Origin: Blastocatellia bacterium
GTDB taxonomy: Bacteria; Acidobacteriota; Blastocatellia; UBA7656; JADIYM01
Assembly: GCA_016705245.1 (NCBI GenBank)
Contig: JADIYM010000005.1
Location: 139,069-203,068 of the forward strand
DNA length: 64,000 nt
Direction: 5' to 3'
Below are positions 40,514 to 49,821 of this stretch, in pieces. Position 1 is the first letter of the stretch. Every line of letters begins with the position of its first letter. Under the pieces are notes generated by a model. The model saw nothing but the letters and a program-made list of their open reading frames with translations, was not told the DNA's origin and did no database searches. Both the position numbers and the translations under genes were made by a program.

Positions 40514-42142
40514 TTGCCTGTGAACGATTCCGAAGCGAGAGCATTCGTCGACCGGATGAACGCCGAGCTGCAACCGGCCGACGCCGCGTGCGGCCACGCC
40601 GAATGGCGGCTCAACACGACCGGTGATGCCGACGCCGAGGCCGAGGTGGCGGCCGCGCGCGCACGGTGGATGCGACTCCTGTCGAATCCGGCCGATAGCA
40701 CCCTCGTGAAACGCCTGCTGGCCGAAGCAGACGACGCGGCCCGAGCGTCCCTTGAACCGCAGCTGCGCCGCCAGCTCGAGATCCTTCGCAGCCTCTTTCT
40801 CGAGAACGGGTTCTCGTCCGAGGAGATCGAACGGATTTCATCCCTCGAAGCCGAAACCGTGTCGCTCTTCAACACGCATCGCGGCAACGTGAATGGCCGG
40901 CGAGTCAGCGAAAACGACATCGACGCGATCCTCAAATCATCCACGGACGTCGCCGAACGACGCACCGCCTGGGAAGCCTCCAAGGAGGTCGGCAGCATTG
41001 TTCGCGAGAACGTTATCGAGCTCGTTCGACTGCGAAACGCTGCGGCGCGCCGCGGTGGCTTCGACAACTTCTATGCAATGCAGCTCGCGGCGCAGGAGAT
41101 CGACGAGGATCGGCTCTTCGCGACGCTTGGTCGGCTTGCCGACCTGACCGACGAACCGTTTCGGGCAGGAAAATCAGTCATCGACGCTCACCTGTCGGCA
41201 ACGCAGGGCGTCGACGTACGTGACCTGCAGCCTTGGAATTATTCGGACCTGTTCTTTCAGGAACGACCCGATACCGGCGACTTCGATCTCGATGCACTTT
41301 TCGCTGGTGCGGATATCGAGGCGCTCACTTTGGCGACATATGACGGAATCGGCTTTGACTTGCGCGGAATCGCTGCACGCAGCGATCTCTACGAACGGGA
41401 CGGCAAGGATCAGCACGCGTTCTGCGTGAACATCGGCCGGGCCGGGGACGTGCGCGTGCTCTGCAACCTTCGCGACACGGCTCGCTGGATGGAGACGAAC
41501 CTCCACGAGTTCGGCCACGCGGTGTACGACGTCGAGGTCGATCCCGAGCTTCCGTATCTGCTGCGCGGACCGGCGCACACGAGCTCGACGGAAGCCATCG
41601 CAATGCTGATGGGACGGCTTGCGAACTCGCCGGAGTGGCTCACCGAGGTTCGCGGGATCGAGCGTTCGGTAGCCGAGAGGATCGGAGGCACGCTCGCGGA
41701 TCAGCTCCGGATGCACATGCTCGTGTTCGTTCGCTGGTGCCTCGTGATGACCCACTTCGAGCGGGATCTCTACCGCGATCCGGAGCGACCCGATCTCGAC
41801 GTCCTCTGGTGGGACTACGTCGAGCGATTCCAGCTGCTCAGCCGCCCCGAAGGCCGCTCGGCGCCCGACTGGGCTGCAAAGATTCACCTGGCGCTCGCAC
41901 CGGTCTACTACCACAACTACATGATCGGCGAGATGATGGCGTCGCAGATCCAGCACCGGCTCGACGACGTCGCCGGCGGAATCGTGAACCGGCCGATAGC
42001 CGGCGCCTACCTTCGCGACAAGATGTTCCGTCCCGGCGCCTCTGAGCGCTGGGACCACACGGTCGAGCGCGTGACGGGCGAGCCCTTGTCGGTCGAGTAC
42101 TTCGCCAGGCAGTTCATTCACCGGTCGAGCGCCACGACGTAG
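40514..42142 (+). CDS. Zinc metallopeptidase (HExxH; M2/M32/M3-like carboxypeptidase or oligopeptidase fold)
   Basis: 542 aa; zinc motif HEFGHAVYD. The family assignment is tentative. Confidence 0.6.
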   Translation: MPVNDSEARAFVDRMNAELQPADAACGHAEWRLNTTGDADAEAEVAAARARWMRLLSNPADSTLVKRLLAEADDAARASLEPQLRRQLEILRSLFLENGFSSEEIERISSLEAETVSLFNTHRGNVNGRRVSENDIDAILKSSTDVAERRTAWEASKEVGSIVRENVIELVRLRNAAARRGGFDNFYAMQLAAQEIDEDRLFATLGRLADLTDEPFRAGKSVIDAHLSATQGVDVRDLQPWNYSDLFFQERPDTGDFDLDALFAGADIEALTLATYDGIGFDLRGIAARSDLYERDGKDQHAFCVNIGRAGDVRVLCNLRDTARWMETNLHEFGHAVYDVEVDPELPYLLRGPAHTSSTEAIAMLMGRLANSPEWLTEVRGIERSVAERIGGTLADQLRMHMLVFVRWCLVMTHFERDLYRDPERPDLDVLWWDYVERFQLLSRPEGRSAPDWAAKIHLALAPVYYHNYMIGEMMASQIQHRLDDVAGGIVNRPIAGAYLRDKMFRPGASERWDHTVERVTGEPLSVEYFARQFIHRSSATT

Positions 42143-42157
42143 CGCAAGCGAGAACCC

Positions 42158-43423
42158 ATGGGACTTTTCTGGAAGCGCAAGAAGAAGGACGAAAACGACC
42201 GGCCGAGTCATTGGCCGCCGACGATTCTGTCGCCCGGCATTCCCGCTGCCGCACCCGCGTCTGTTGAAGCACCGCCGTTGGAACGGGTCGCCGCTCGCGA
42301 GATCAGTACCGCGAGCGATAGCGAGCGGGTGGTGATCGAATTGAGACCGTCGTTGCCGGAATCGGAAACGACAGGGCCCGTTCCTGCCGAGCCGCCGGTC
42401 CTTCGCAAGGTCGACATGAACTTCTCCTTCGGCGGGTACATCACGAAGGAGCCGACACCGGAAGAGATCGAGGAGCAGCAGCGCACGATCGTCGGACGGT
42501 TGAAGACGGCCGTCTCGTCGACGCGGCATACCCTCGTCGACCGGATCGACACAATCGTCCGCGGCAAGAAGGTCATCGACGCCGAGTTGCTCGAGGGAAT
42601 CGAGGAGGCGCTAATCAGCGCCGACATCGGTGTGCAGACGGCGCTCGAGATCATCGAGAACGCTCGAAAACGGGTGGCGCGCAACGAGCTGTCGAATCCG
42701 GAAGAGCTGCGACGCCTGATCCGCGAGCATCTGCTCGAGATGCTCGTGACGCCAAAGTCGCTTCAGAAGGGCACGGTCTCGTCCGAAGTCGACATCGACC
42801 CCGAGATCTCGCCGTACGTGATCATGGTCGTCGGCGTTAACGGTGTCGGAAAGACGACGACGATTGGAAAACTGGCTAACCGGATCCGCAGCGACGGCTA
42901 CGACGTGCTCATCTGCGCGGCGGACACGTTCCGCGCGGCGGCGAACGACCAGCTGGCTATCTGGGCCGAGCGCTCGGGCGTTCCTCTCATTCAGCAGAAA
43001 CCCGGGACCGATCCATCGGCCGTGCTATACGACTCGCTGGTGGCGGCGAAAGCGCGTGGAAGCGATGTGTTGATCGTGGATACTGCAGGCAGGCTGCACA
43101 CGAAGCAGAACCTGATGCAGGAGCTCGAGAAAATGCGGCGCGTGGCGGACCGTCAGGTGCCCGGCGCTCCGCACGAAGTGCTGCTCGTCATCGACGCCGT
43201 CACGGGTCAGAACGGCCTCGAGCAGGCGCGACAGTTCACCAAGTCAGCGCCGGTGACTGGACTCGTGCTGACGAAGCTCGACGGCACGGCGAAGGGCGGC
43301 ATCGTGGTAGCGATCGTCAACGAGCTCGGCGTACCGATTCGCTACGTCGGCATCGGGGAGCAGATTGACGACCTGATTGTTTTCGACGCCGAGCAGTACA
43401 TCGACAGCCTGTTCGAGGGCTGA
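42158..43423 (+). CDS. ftsY: Signal recognition particle receptor FtsY
   Basis: NG domain ([20 protein letters not shown]...DTAGR...[10 protein letters not shown]). A family F repeat copy sits in frame within the N-terminal acidic A-domain. Confidence 0.93.
   Translation: MGLFWKRKKKDENDRPSHWPPTILSPGIPAAAPASVEAPPLERVAAREISTASDSERVVIELRPSLPESETTGPVPAEPPVLRKVDMNFSFGGYITKEPTPEEIEEQQRTIVGRLKTAVSSTRHTLVDRIDTIVRGKKVIDAELLEGIEEALISADIGVQTALEIIENARKRVARNELSNPEELRRLIREHLLEMLVTPKSLQKGTVSSEVDIDPEISPYVIMVVGVNGVGKTTTIGKLANRIRSDGYDVLICAADTFRAAANDQLAIWAERSGVPLIQQKPGTDPSAVLYDSLVAAKARGSDVLIVDTAGRLHTKQNLMQELEKMRRVADRQVPGAPHEVLLVIDAVTGQNGLEQARQFTKSAPVTGLVLTKLDGTAKGGIVVAIVNELGVPIRYVGIGEQIDDLIVFDAEQYIDSLFEG
42299..42330. 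repeat. Family F short repeat, single arm, in frame within the ftsY 5' region (encodes [12 protein letters not shown])
   Basis: gagatcagtaccgcgagcgatagcgagcgggt. Confidence 0.7.
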
Positions 43424-43599
43424 CCACGGATGAACTGGCCAACGGTGGGTGTTTGAACGGGCCGTGCGGACAGACCCCGCCAGACCCAGAACCCCGAGCG
43501 CAGCGGGAGCCGTGCGTGGGGCCGGAATGCGGCGCAGGCAGAGGTCGGTTTTGAGTGTCTGGAGCGTTGGGTGACCAGGGATGAACGCAGATGGTCGCG

Positions 43600-43630
43600 G
43601 ATCAGATCTGTGATCTGTGTGTATCTGTGG
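43600..43630. repeat. Tandem ATCTGTG-type heptamer cluster (family E)
   Basis: gatcagatctgtgatctgtgtgtatctgtgg. The related palindrome is at 56415-56510. Confidence 0.6.
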
Positions 43631-43653
43631 CCGCTTTTTTGTAAGCTGACAGC

Positions 43654-44778
43654 ATGAGTGACCTAGAGCGGTTTCGCGCGCTGTTTCCGATCACCCGGAA
43701 TCGGGTCTACATGAATCACGCGGCCATTGGGCCGCTGCCGACCACCGCCGTGAACCGGATGACCTCGGTCGCGCATTCGATCGCGATGACCGGCGACGAT
43801 GGCTGGTACGGGCGAATCGGCGAAATAGGCCGTGTGCGAAGTCTCGCCGCGCGATTGCTTCACGCGCGCGAGGAGCACGAGGTCGGCTTCGTCGCGAACA
43901 CGTCCGACGGCCTGTCGATCATCTCCGCCGGTCTCGACTGGCGCGAGGGCGATACGGTCGTAGGCGCCAATTGCGAATTCCCGTCGAACGCCTATCCGTG
44001 GATGCGCCTGTCGAATCACGGCGTGACGTTTCTGATGGCTGAAGAACGCGACGGCCGTGTCGACTTCGACGACCTCGTAGCGCTCGTGGACGAGCACACG
44101 CGCGTCGTCGCGCTCTCCTGGGTCCAGTACGCCAGCGGATTTCGCAGCGACCTCGAGCGAATCGGAAGGTTCTGCCGCGAGCGGGACATCCTGTTCGTTG
44201 TGGACGGCATTCAGGGACTCGGCGTCATTCCGATCGACGTCGAGCGCGACCACGTGGACGTGCTCGCCGCGTCGGCGCACAAGTGGCTCTGCGGATCGGA
44301 AGGCATCGGCTTGCTCTACATCTCTGATCGGGTCATCGACCGCATCGACCCGGTAAAGGTGGGGTGGACGTCGACGAAGGACTGGATCAAGTTCGGAGGA
44401 TACGACCTGAGATATCGCGATGGCGCCGAGCGCTTCGAGTGCGGAACGATGAATCCGTTCGGCATCGCGGCACTCGGCTCGTCGCTCGAGATCCTGCTCG
44501 AAGCGGGGGAATCGGACATCGAGCGACAGGTGAGAATCCTGACCGATCTGCTCGTCGTGGGATTGATGGATCGCGGCTATCGCGTGATCAGTTCTCGTAA
44601 GGACGGCGAGTGGTCGGGGATCGTCACGGCGACGCACGTTGATCAGAATCCGAACGAGCTGGTGCAGAGGCTCAAGCAACGGGGCGTGTCCGTGGCGGCG
44701 CGGGCTGGCCGGCTGCGGATCTCGCCGCACTTTTACAATACGGTCGACGAGGTGGATCAACTGCTGGCGGCTCTGTAG
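43654..44778 (+). CDS. Class V aminotransferase-fold PLP-dependent enzyme (cysteine desulfurase / selenocysteine lyase-like)
   Basis: 374 aa; PLP-lysine context SAHKWLCGSEG. Confidence 0.8.
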   Translation: MSDLERFRALFPITRNRVYMNHAAIGPLPTTAVNRMTSVAHSIAMTGDDGWYGRIGEIGRVRSLAARLLHAREEHEVGFVANTSDGLSIISAGLDWREGDTVVGANCEFPSNAYPWMRLSNHGVTFLMAEERDGRVDFDDLVALVDEHTRVVALSWVQYASGFRSDLERIGRFCRERDILFVVDGIQGLGVIPIDVERDHVDVLAASAHKWLCGSEGIGLLYISDRVIDRIDPVKVGWTSTKDWIKFGGYDLRYRDGAERFECGTMNPFGIAALGSSLEILLEAGESDIERQVRILTDLLVVGLMDRGYRVISSRKDGEWSGIVTATHVDQNPNELVQRLKQRGVSVAARAGRLRISPHFYNTVDEVDQLLAAL

Positions 44779-44788
44779 CGCAATAGCA

Positions 44789-44912
44789 ACCCGCTCGCTA
44801 CCGATCGCGGTATTGATCTTTCGTGAGTCGCCTGCGAGCACGAGTGATCGGATTCCCGGTTCAACGGTCGCGCCGCGGGAGGATCAGTACCGCGAGCGGT
44901 AGCGAGCGGGTA
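44789..44912. repeat. Family F inverted-repeat element (30-bp arms, ~64-bp spacer)
   Basis: acccgctcgctaccgatcgcggtattgatc ... gatcagtaccgcgagcggtagcgagcgggt. Confidence 0.85.
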
Positions 44913-44983
44913 GGCGTTGAAAAATCTCCAGAATTACCGGACGGCGCGCTGACAAGGTTGCTTCCGGTATTGACAGGTTCACT

Positions 44984-46045
44984 ATGGAACGTACCGTGCG
45001 ACAACTCGCCAATCTCGTTGCCGGCAGCTTCACCGGCGACGGCGACGCCGTCGTTACCGGCGTCTCGAGCGTGGATCAAGCGACCGACGGCGCGATCGTC
45101 TTCGCCGACACGAAGCGCGCGTTCGATCGGGCGCTGGCTTCGGCGGCCGCAGCCATTGTCGCGCCGGTGGCTTGCACAACACCGGATCGCCCGGTAATCC
45201 ACGTCAATAATCCGAAGCTCGCCTTCGCGCGCATCGTCGCCGACCTCGCCCCCGCGACGCCGATCGCCCGCGTCATCCACCCCGCGGCAATCATCGACGA
45301 ATCGGCGGCGGTCGGTGCCGGCGTGGCCGTCGGCGCGTGGAGCACGATCGGGCCGGATTGCGTAATCGGCGACCAGACGACCATCGGCAACGGTTGCTCT
45401 ATCGGCGCGCGCGTGCGCATCGGGCGCGAATGCACCATCCGGGCGAATGTCACCATCCACGAACGGGTGTCTATCGCGGACCGCGTCATCGTGCACTCCG
45501 GTGCGGTCATCGGATCGGACGGCTTCGGATTCGTCTTCGATGCCGGACAGTTCCACAAGTTTCCGCAGATCGGCGACGTGATCATCGAAGACGACGTCGA
45601 GATCGGCGCCAACACTACGATCGACCGCGGAGCGCTCGATTCGACGGTGATCGGCAGCGGTACGAAGATCGACAACCTCGTCCAGATCGCGCATAACGTC
45701 CGCATCGGCCGAAACTGCGTCATCGCGGCGCAGACCGGCATCTCGGGCAGTGCCACGATCGGAGACGGCGTGATGCTTGGCGGACAGGTCGGGATTGGGG
45801 ATCACGTCCGCATCGAAAGTGGCGCCATTGCTGGTGGGCAGGCCGGAATCCTGCCCGGCAAGGTCATCAGGAAGGGGACCATGGTCTGGGGTACGCCGGC
45901 GCGACCGATGGACCAGTTCCGCAGGAACTTCGCTCTCGTCCAGAACCTCCCATCGCTCAACGCCCGCGTCTCGGAGATCGAGCGCCGATTGGGCACCAAC
46001 CAGCCATCCGTGCCCGACGAACCGACCGATGAACATAATCGTTGA
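44984..46045 (+). CDS. lpxD: UDP-3-O-acylglucosamine N-acyltransferase
   Basis: 353 aa; left-handed beta-helix hexapeptide repeats; N-terminal LpxD domain. Confidence 0.9.
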   Translation: MERTVRQLANLVAGSFTGDGDAVVTGVSSVDQATDGAIVFADTKRAFDRALASAAAAIVAPVACTTPDRPVIHVNNPKLAFARIVADLAPATPIARVIHPAAIIDESAAVGAGVAVGAWSTIGPDCVIGDQTTIGNGCSIGARVRIGRECTIRANVTIHERVSIADRVIVHSGAVIGSDGFGFVFDAGQFHKFPQIGDVIIEDDVEIGANTTIDRGALDSTVIGSGTKIDNLVQIAHNVRIGRNCVIAAQTGISGSATIGDGVMLGGQVGIGDHVRIESGAIAGGQAGILPGKVIRKGTMVWGTPARPMDQFRRNFALVQNLPSLNARVSEIERRLGTNQPSVPDEPTDEHNR

Positions 46046-46058
46046 CGCACCTACAGTC

Positions 46059-46073
46059 TTAGAATTAGTCTAA
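46059..46073. promoter_or_regulatory. Putative Fur/PerR-family operator (7-1-7 inverted repeat TTAGAAT-T-AGTCTAA)
   Basis: An AT-rich palindrome in a GC-rich genome, immediately upstream of the fur-family gene. It resembles the PerR box TTATAAT-N-ATTATAA. Confidence 0.4.
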
Positions 46074-46081
46074 ATTTCTGT

Positions 46082-46501
46082 ATGAGTCTTGAGCCTTCCA
46101 TTAACGGGGCCATCGAGGCACTGACACCGCAGCGTCGTGTCGTGCTCGAGGTGATCCGTTCGAGCATGGGCCATCTGACGGCGAACGAGATCTACGAGCA
46201 GGCCCGGCGCCGGCTCTCGACGATCAGCTACGCCACGGTCTACAACTCGCTTCGACATCTGAAGCAGGCCGGACTCGTCGCCGAGCTCAATTTTGGCAAC
46301 GGCGCCAGCCGGTACGACCGCGAGACCGCGCGACACGACCATGCCATCTGTTCGCAGTGCGGCACGCTCGTTGACCTCAACATTCCGGCAACGGTCGACC
46401 TGATGCGGTCGGCGGCGCTGCAGGCCGACTTCGAGGCCGTGTCCATCCACCTGACGCTCACGGGCGTCTGTGCGGGATGTCGAGAAGCCCCCGGTTCCTA
46501 A
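46082..46501 (+). CDS. Fur family transcriptional regulator (probably PerR-like, given the adjacent peroxiredoxin)
   Basis: 139 aa; HTH plus HHDH...CxxC metal sites (CSQCG...CAGC). Confidence 0.85.
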   Translation: MSLEPSINGAIEALTPQRRVVLEVIRSSMGHLTANEIYEQARRRLSTISYATVYNSLRHLKQAGLVAELNFGNGASRYDRETARHDHAICSQCGTLVDLNIPATVDLMRSAALQADFEAVSIHLTLTGVCAGCREAPGS

Positions 46502-46582
46502 CGGTCCATGATCTTTCAACCGGCGACCCGCACGACGTGGCCGCCATTCGCAACGAAACCAACCAACCTCGTGGAGGAGTGA

Positions 46583-47149
46583 ATGTCAGCAGCAGCCATA
46601 TCGACAGGAATCGCGAAGGTCGGCAAACCGGCGCCGAGCTTCGACATGCCATCCACCAAGAACCTCGAGAAGCTCAACGAGAACGTCAAGCTCGAGGACT
46701 ACAAGGGCAAATGGGTCGCTCTCGTCTTCTATCCGCTCGATTTCACGTTCGTCTGCCCGACGGAGTTGACCGCCTTCAGCGACCGCTATTCGGATTTCAC
46801 ATCGCTCAACTGCGAGCTGATCGGCGTGTCGACCGACTCGGTCTACTCGCACCGGGCCTGGCTCCAGACGCCGCGCGACAAGAACGGCATCGAGGGCCTG
46901 AAGTACCCGCTGGCGGCCGACATGGGCGGCGCTGTGTCGCGTGATTACGGTGTGCTCATCGAGGAGAAGGGCATCGCGCTTCGCGGATTGTTCGTGATCG
47001 ACCCCGAGGGCGTCCTTCGCTACAAGGTGGTTCACGACCTCAACATCGGCCGCTCGACCGACGAGACGCTGCGCGTCATCTCGGCGTTGCAGACCGGCGG
47101 GCTCTGCGCGGCGGAGTGGCGACCGGGTCAGGAAAACCTCAAGGTCTGA
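46583..47149 (+). CDS. ahpC: Peroxiredoxin (typical 2-Cys, AhpC/Tsa family)
   Basis: FTFVCPTE peroxidatic Cys motif; resolving Cys near the C-terminus. Confidence 0.92.
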   Translation: MSAAAISTGIAKVGKPAPSFDMPSTKNLEKLNENVKLEDYKGKWVALVFYPLDFTFVCPTELTAFSDRYSDFTSLNCELIGVSTDSVYSHRAWLQTPRDKNGIEGLKYPLAADMGGAVSRDYGVLIEEKGIALRGLFVIDPEGVLRYKVVHDLNIGRSTDETLRVISALQTGGLCAAEWRPGQENLKV

Positions 47150-47303
47150 AGACCGTCGAGACTCGGCCGCCGAGGGTGCGGGACCGGGCGCAGGGGGGCT
47201 GCGCCCGGTTCCGGAACGCCCTCGGGGGCCCCTCGCGGCGCGTGGAATTGCCGCGAGACTTCCGGAATGGCACCAGGCCGTCCGGATCGGGAGGGGCGCA
47301 ACG

Positions 47304-47792
47304 ATGCCAATGAGAATCGGAACCGAGATGCCTTCGCTCGAGGGAGCAACCGAATGGGCGCGTGGCAGTGAGGCCGAGGCACTGGCGGGGACCGCCGGAC
47401 ACCCGACGCTAGTGCACTTCTGGTCGGTGAGCTGCGGAATCTGCAAAGAGAACATGCCGAAAGTCGCGGAGTGGCGCGACGGGCGGCGCAATGAGGGCCT
47501 GCGCGTCATTGCCATCCACATGCCGCGGTATCCGGTCGATTCCGACGTTGATGCCGTAAAGGCCTCCATCGAGAAATACGGTTTCACGGAGCCGTGCGCC
47601 ATCGACAACATGCATGCGTTGCGCGACGCGTTCCTGAACGAACACGGTTACGTTCCGGCTTATTACCTGTTCGACGAACAGGGAAAGCTCAGGAGTTTTG
47701 CCGCCGGCGAGCGCGGGCTTTCGATGCTGTCGGCGGCGCTCGACCGGCTGCTTGCGTCTCGCAATTCGAGTCCGGTTGAGGTAACGAGGTAA
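47304..47792 (+). CDS. Thioredoxin-fold thiol-disulfide oxidoreductase (TlpA/redoxin-like)
   Basis: WSVSCGIC CxxC motif. Confidence 0.7.
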   Translation: MPMRIGTEMPSLEGATEWARGSEAEALAGTAGHPTLVHFWSVSCGICKENMPKVAEWRDGRRNEGLRVIAIHMPRYPVDSDVDAVKASIEKYGFTEPCAIDNMHALRDAFLNEHGYVPAYYLFDEQGKLRSFAAGERGLSMLSAALDRLLASRNSSPVEVTR

Positions 47793-47909
47793 CGGAGATT
47801 GCGATCGCGTGGGCTCGCCCGTCGGGGCGCGCGCGCGAAGCGAACGAGGCGCGGCGGAAGCTGGAACGGTGGCCCGTGCTGAGGGGGCGGGCGCCGCTCC
47901 GGCAAATGA

Positions 47910-48293
47910 CTATTCCGGGGTCGGCTCGACTCCGAAGAGGCCATGAACCTCGATCTCGGTATCGACGATTCGGAAGAGCGCGTCAAGACCCATTGAACCG
48001 ATCAGCGTGCGAAGCTTGGGAGGGACGTTCACCAGAATGAGCGTCTCTCCGTGTCGCCGAAGTGTCGATTGTGCCGCGACGAGCTCACCGAGGCCGCTGC
48101 TGTCCGGGGTCTTGACGAGACCACGCAGGTCGATCGCGACCTGCAGGGAACCGGAGGCCACTACGGATCGAACGGCGGCGGACAGCGGCTGTCCAGTCGC
48201 GGCCTCGCGATGCCCCAGCCGCAGGGCTCCGTCGAGATACAGGATCGTCCCCGAGCCGAACTGCTGCTGAACCAGGGTGAAGGTCCGTTCCAT
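47910..48293 (-). CDS. STAS-domain protein (anti-sigma-factor antagonist-like)
   Basis: Start MERTFTLVQQQFGSGTILYLDGAL...; the STAS fold. The longer track ORF extends into repeat A9. Confidence 0.65.
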   Translation of the reverse strand: MERTFTLVQQQFGSGTILYLDGALRLGHREAATGQPLSAAVRSVVASGSLQVAIDLRGLVKTPDSSGLGELVAAQSTLRRHGETLILVNVPPKLRTLIGSMGLDALFRIVDTEIEVHGLFGVEPTPE

Positions 48294-48309
48294 CGCGGCG
48301 AGAGTATAA

Positions 48310-48412
48310 CGTCTCTGCGCTCTCCGTGCCTCTGTGACCCTGTGCCTCTGTCTGCGAAGCGTCTCGGGAGCTTCGCACACAGAGGCACGGAGTCACGGAG
48401 GCACAGAGCAAC
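48310..48412. repeat. Palindromic heptamer-array repeat, family A
   Basis: ctctgcgctctccgtgcctctgtgaccctgtgcctctgtctgcgaagcgtctcgggagcttcgcacacagaggcacggagtcacggaggcacagag. Confidence 0.85.
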
Positions 48413-48426
48413 GGCAGCTGGTGTGA

Positions 48427-49476
48427 CTAGACGTCCACCTGGTCTCCAATGACCGGGATCTTGTCGGCCCGCCCGTTGTACACCCGCACCATCATCCACA
48501 CGAACCCGACCACGGCTCCAAGATGGAAGAGCGACGAACCAATCCCGATGAGCACGCCCGCGATTCGCGGAGCGGCCGCCTGCGCGATCGCAAAGGCGAT
48601 CGTCACCGCCCAGAAGACCACGTGTGCAATGAGCGACTGTCGCGCGTGGAAATGAACGAAGCGGTTCTCTCTGGGCTCGTTCTGCTGGACGAGAATGGAT
48701 CCGACGATGCCGAGGTACGGCAGGTAACACATCATGGCCGCGAAGTTCGGCTTGAGCCCGAGTTGTGCGGTGCTTCGCGGTGCCTGCGTATAAGCATTGG
48801 TCGCGTCGGCCGGCACGTATAGGGATTGTGGCTGTTGCGGATAACCCTGCCATCCCGTTGGAGGCTGGACCGGGTCGGCCCACTCGCGGGGCTGCGACTG
48901 CGACCACGCGTGAGGCTCGGGCGCATAACCGCCGGCCTGATCCTGGCCAGCCCATTGCCCCGGCACGGGCAGACTCGGGTCGGGGGGCATGTAGGCGTTG
49001 TGTGCACGGCGTCCGAAGGTCTCGATACCGCGGGTCGGGTCGATCGCATCCGCGTCCATCGTAGATGTCGGTCGGTTCGATTTTCCGGTCGAACGACCAT
49101 CCACTTCACCAGAAGACTCATCGCTGGTTGTTTCGGCATCCGGCGACAACGATGGTGAGAGCGGTTCCATCGGCCGCGTCGGCGCTTCGTTGTCGACAGC
49201 TGCAGCGAGACCCGCGGCCAGCCTGGCCTCCTCGATGAGACCCTGTCCGTCCGGAACCGTTGCGAAGGGATCCGTTCCGACCGTCGGTTCGGCCGTGGGC
49301 GTAGTCGATTTCGAGCGCTTCTTTTTCACTTCGGTCCAAGTATAACAATGGGCGTCCGTTTGGCCGGACGGTTGGGCATCAGGTGGGATCGCCGTCGAGC
49401 TCAAGCTCGGCAGCGCGACCTTCGGCGATTCGAAAGGCGCGAATGGCGGGACTGGGCTCGAGGCCGATGACGACAT
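48427..49476 (-). CDS. DUF4870-like integral membrane protein with a long Pro/Ser/Thr/Gln-rich N-terminal region
   Basis: C-terminal TM core ...MMCYLPYLGIVGSILVQQNEPRENRFVHFHARQSLIAHVVFWAVTIAF.... The start is uncertain (M at 49476 or 49494) and overlaps the 3' end of the JAMM ORF. Confidence 0.55.
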   Translation of the reverse strand: MSSSASSPVPPFAPFESPKVALPSLSSTAIPPDAQPSGQTDAHCYTWTEVKKKRSKSTTPTAEPTVGTDPFATVPDGQGLIEEARLAAGLAAAVDNEAPTRPMEPLSPSLSPDAETTSDESSGEVDGRSTGKSNRPTSTMDADAIDPTRGIETFGRRAHNAYMPPDPSLPVPGQWAGQDQAGGYAPEPHAWSQSQPREWADPVQPPTGWQGYPQQPQSLYVPADATNAYTQAPRSTAQLGLKPNFAAMMCYLPYLGIVGSILVQQNEPRENRFVHFHARQSLIAHVVFWAVTIAFAIAQAAAPRIAGVLIGIGSSLFHLGAVVGFVWMMVRVYNGRADKIPVIGDQVDV

Positions 49477-49796
49477 ACACACTCCGGGTACCATGCGTTC
49501 GCGACGTCGTACGACGATGGTTCCGGCGATGTTCGGGGGTGGGAGTGGTAGAAGCCGGCGACATCGAGACCCTCGTGTCGCGCCGCGGCTCTTGCGGCCA
49601 CTAGTCCAACCGGTTCGAGGTCGAATCGCGACGCCGCGTCGGCCGCGACGTTCTCGACCGGAAAAACCGCGACGATACGGTCGTCGCGGCCACCGAGCAC
49701 GCCGCAGCATTCGTGGGGAGCAGCCAGGGAGGCCTCGCCGATGAGCGCTGCGCGCACGGCCGCAGATATGTGGACCCGTTGGGTCAAGCCCGGCAC
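49401..49796 (-). CDS. JAMM/MPN (Mov34) family metalloprotease-domain protein
   Basis: ECCGVLGG...GFYHSHPRTSPEPSSYDV (the JAMM motif HxHx7Sx2D). The C-terminal tail looks degenerate, so a frameshift into the next gene is possible. Confidence 0.6.
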   Translation of the reverse strand: MPGLTQRVHISAAVRAALIGEASLAAPHECCGVLGGRDDRIVAVFPVENVAADAASRFDLEPVGLVAARAAARHEGLDVAGFYHSHPRTSPEPSSYDVANAWYPECVCRHRPRAQSRHSRLSNRRRSRCRA

Positions 49797-49821
49797 CTCC
49801 GGTCCGGCCTTCGCTCAGCGA

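Noticed and set aside
43424-43653. SRP RNA (ffs) or another known small RNA downstream of ftsY
   Set aside because: No domain IV GGAAGCAGCCAAGG-type motif is present. The segment holds only family C and E repeat fragments.
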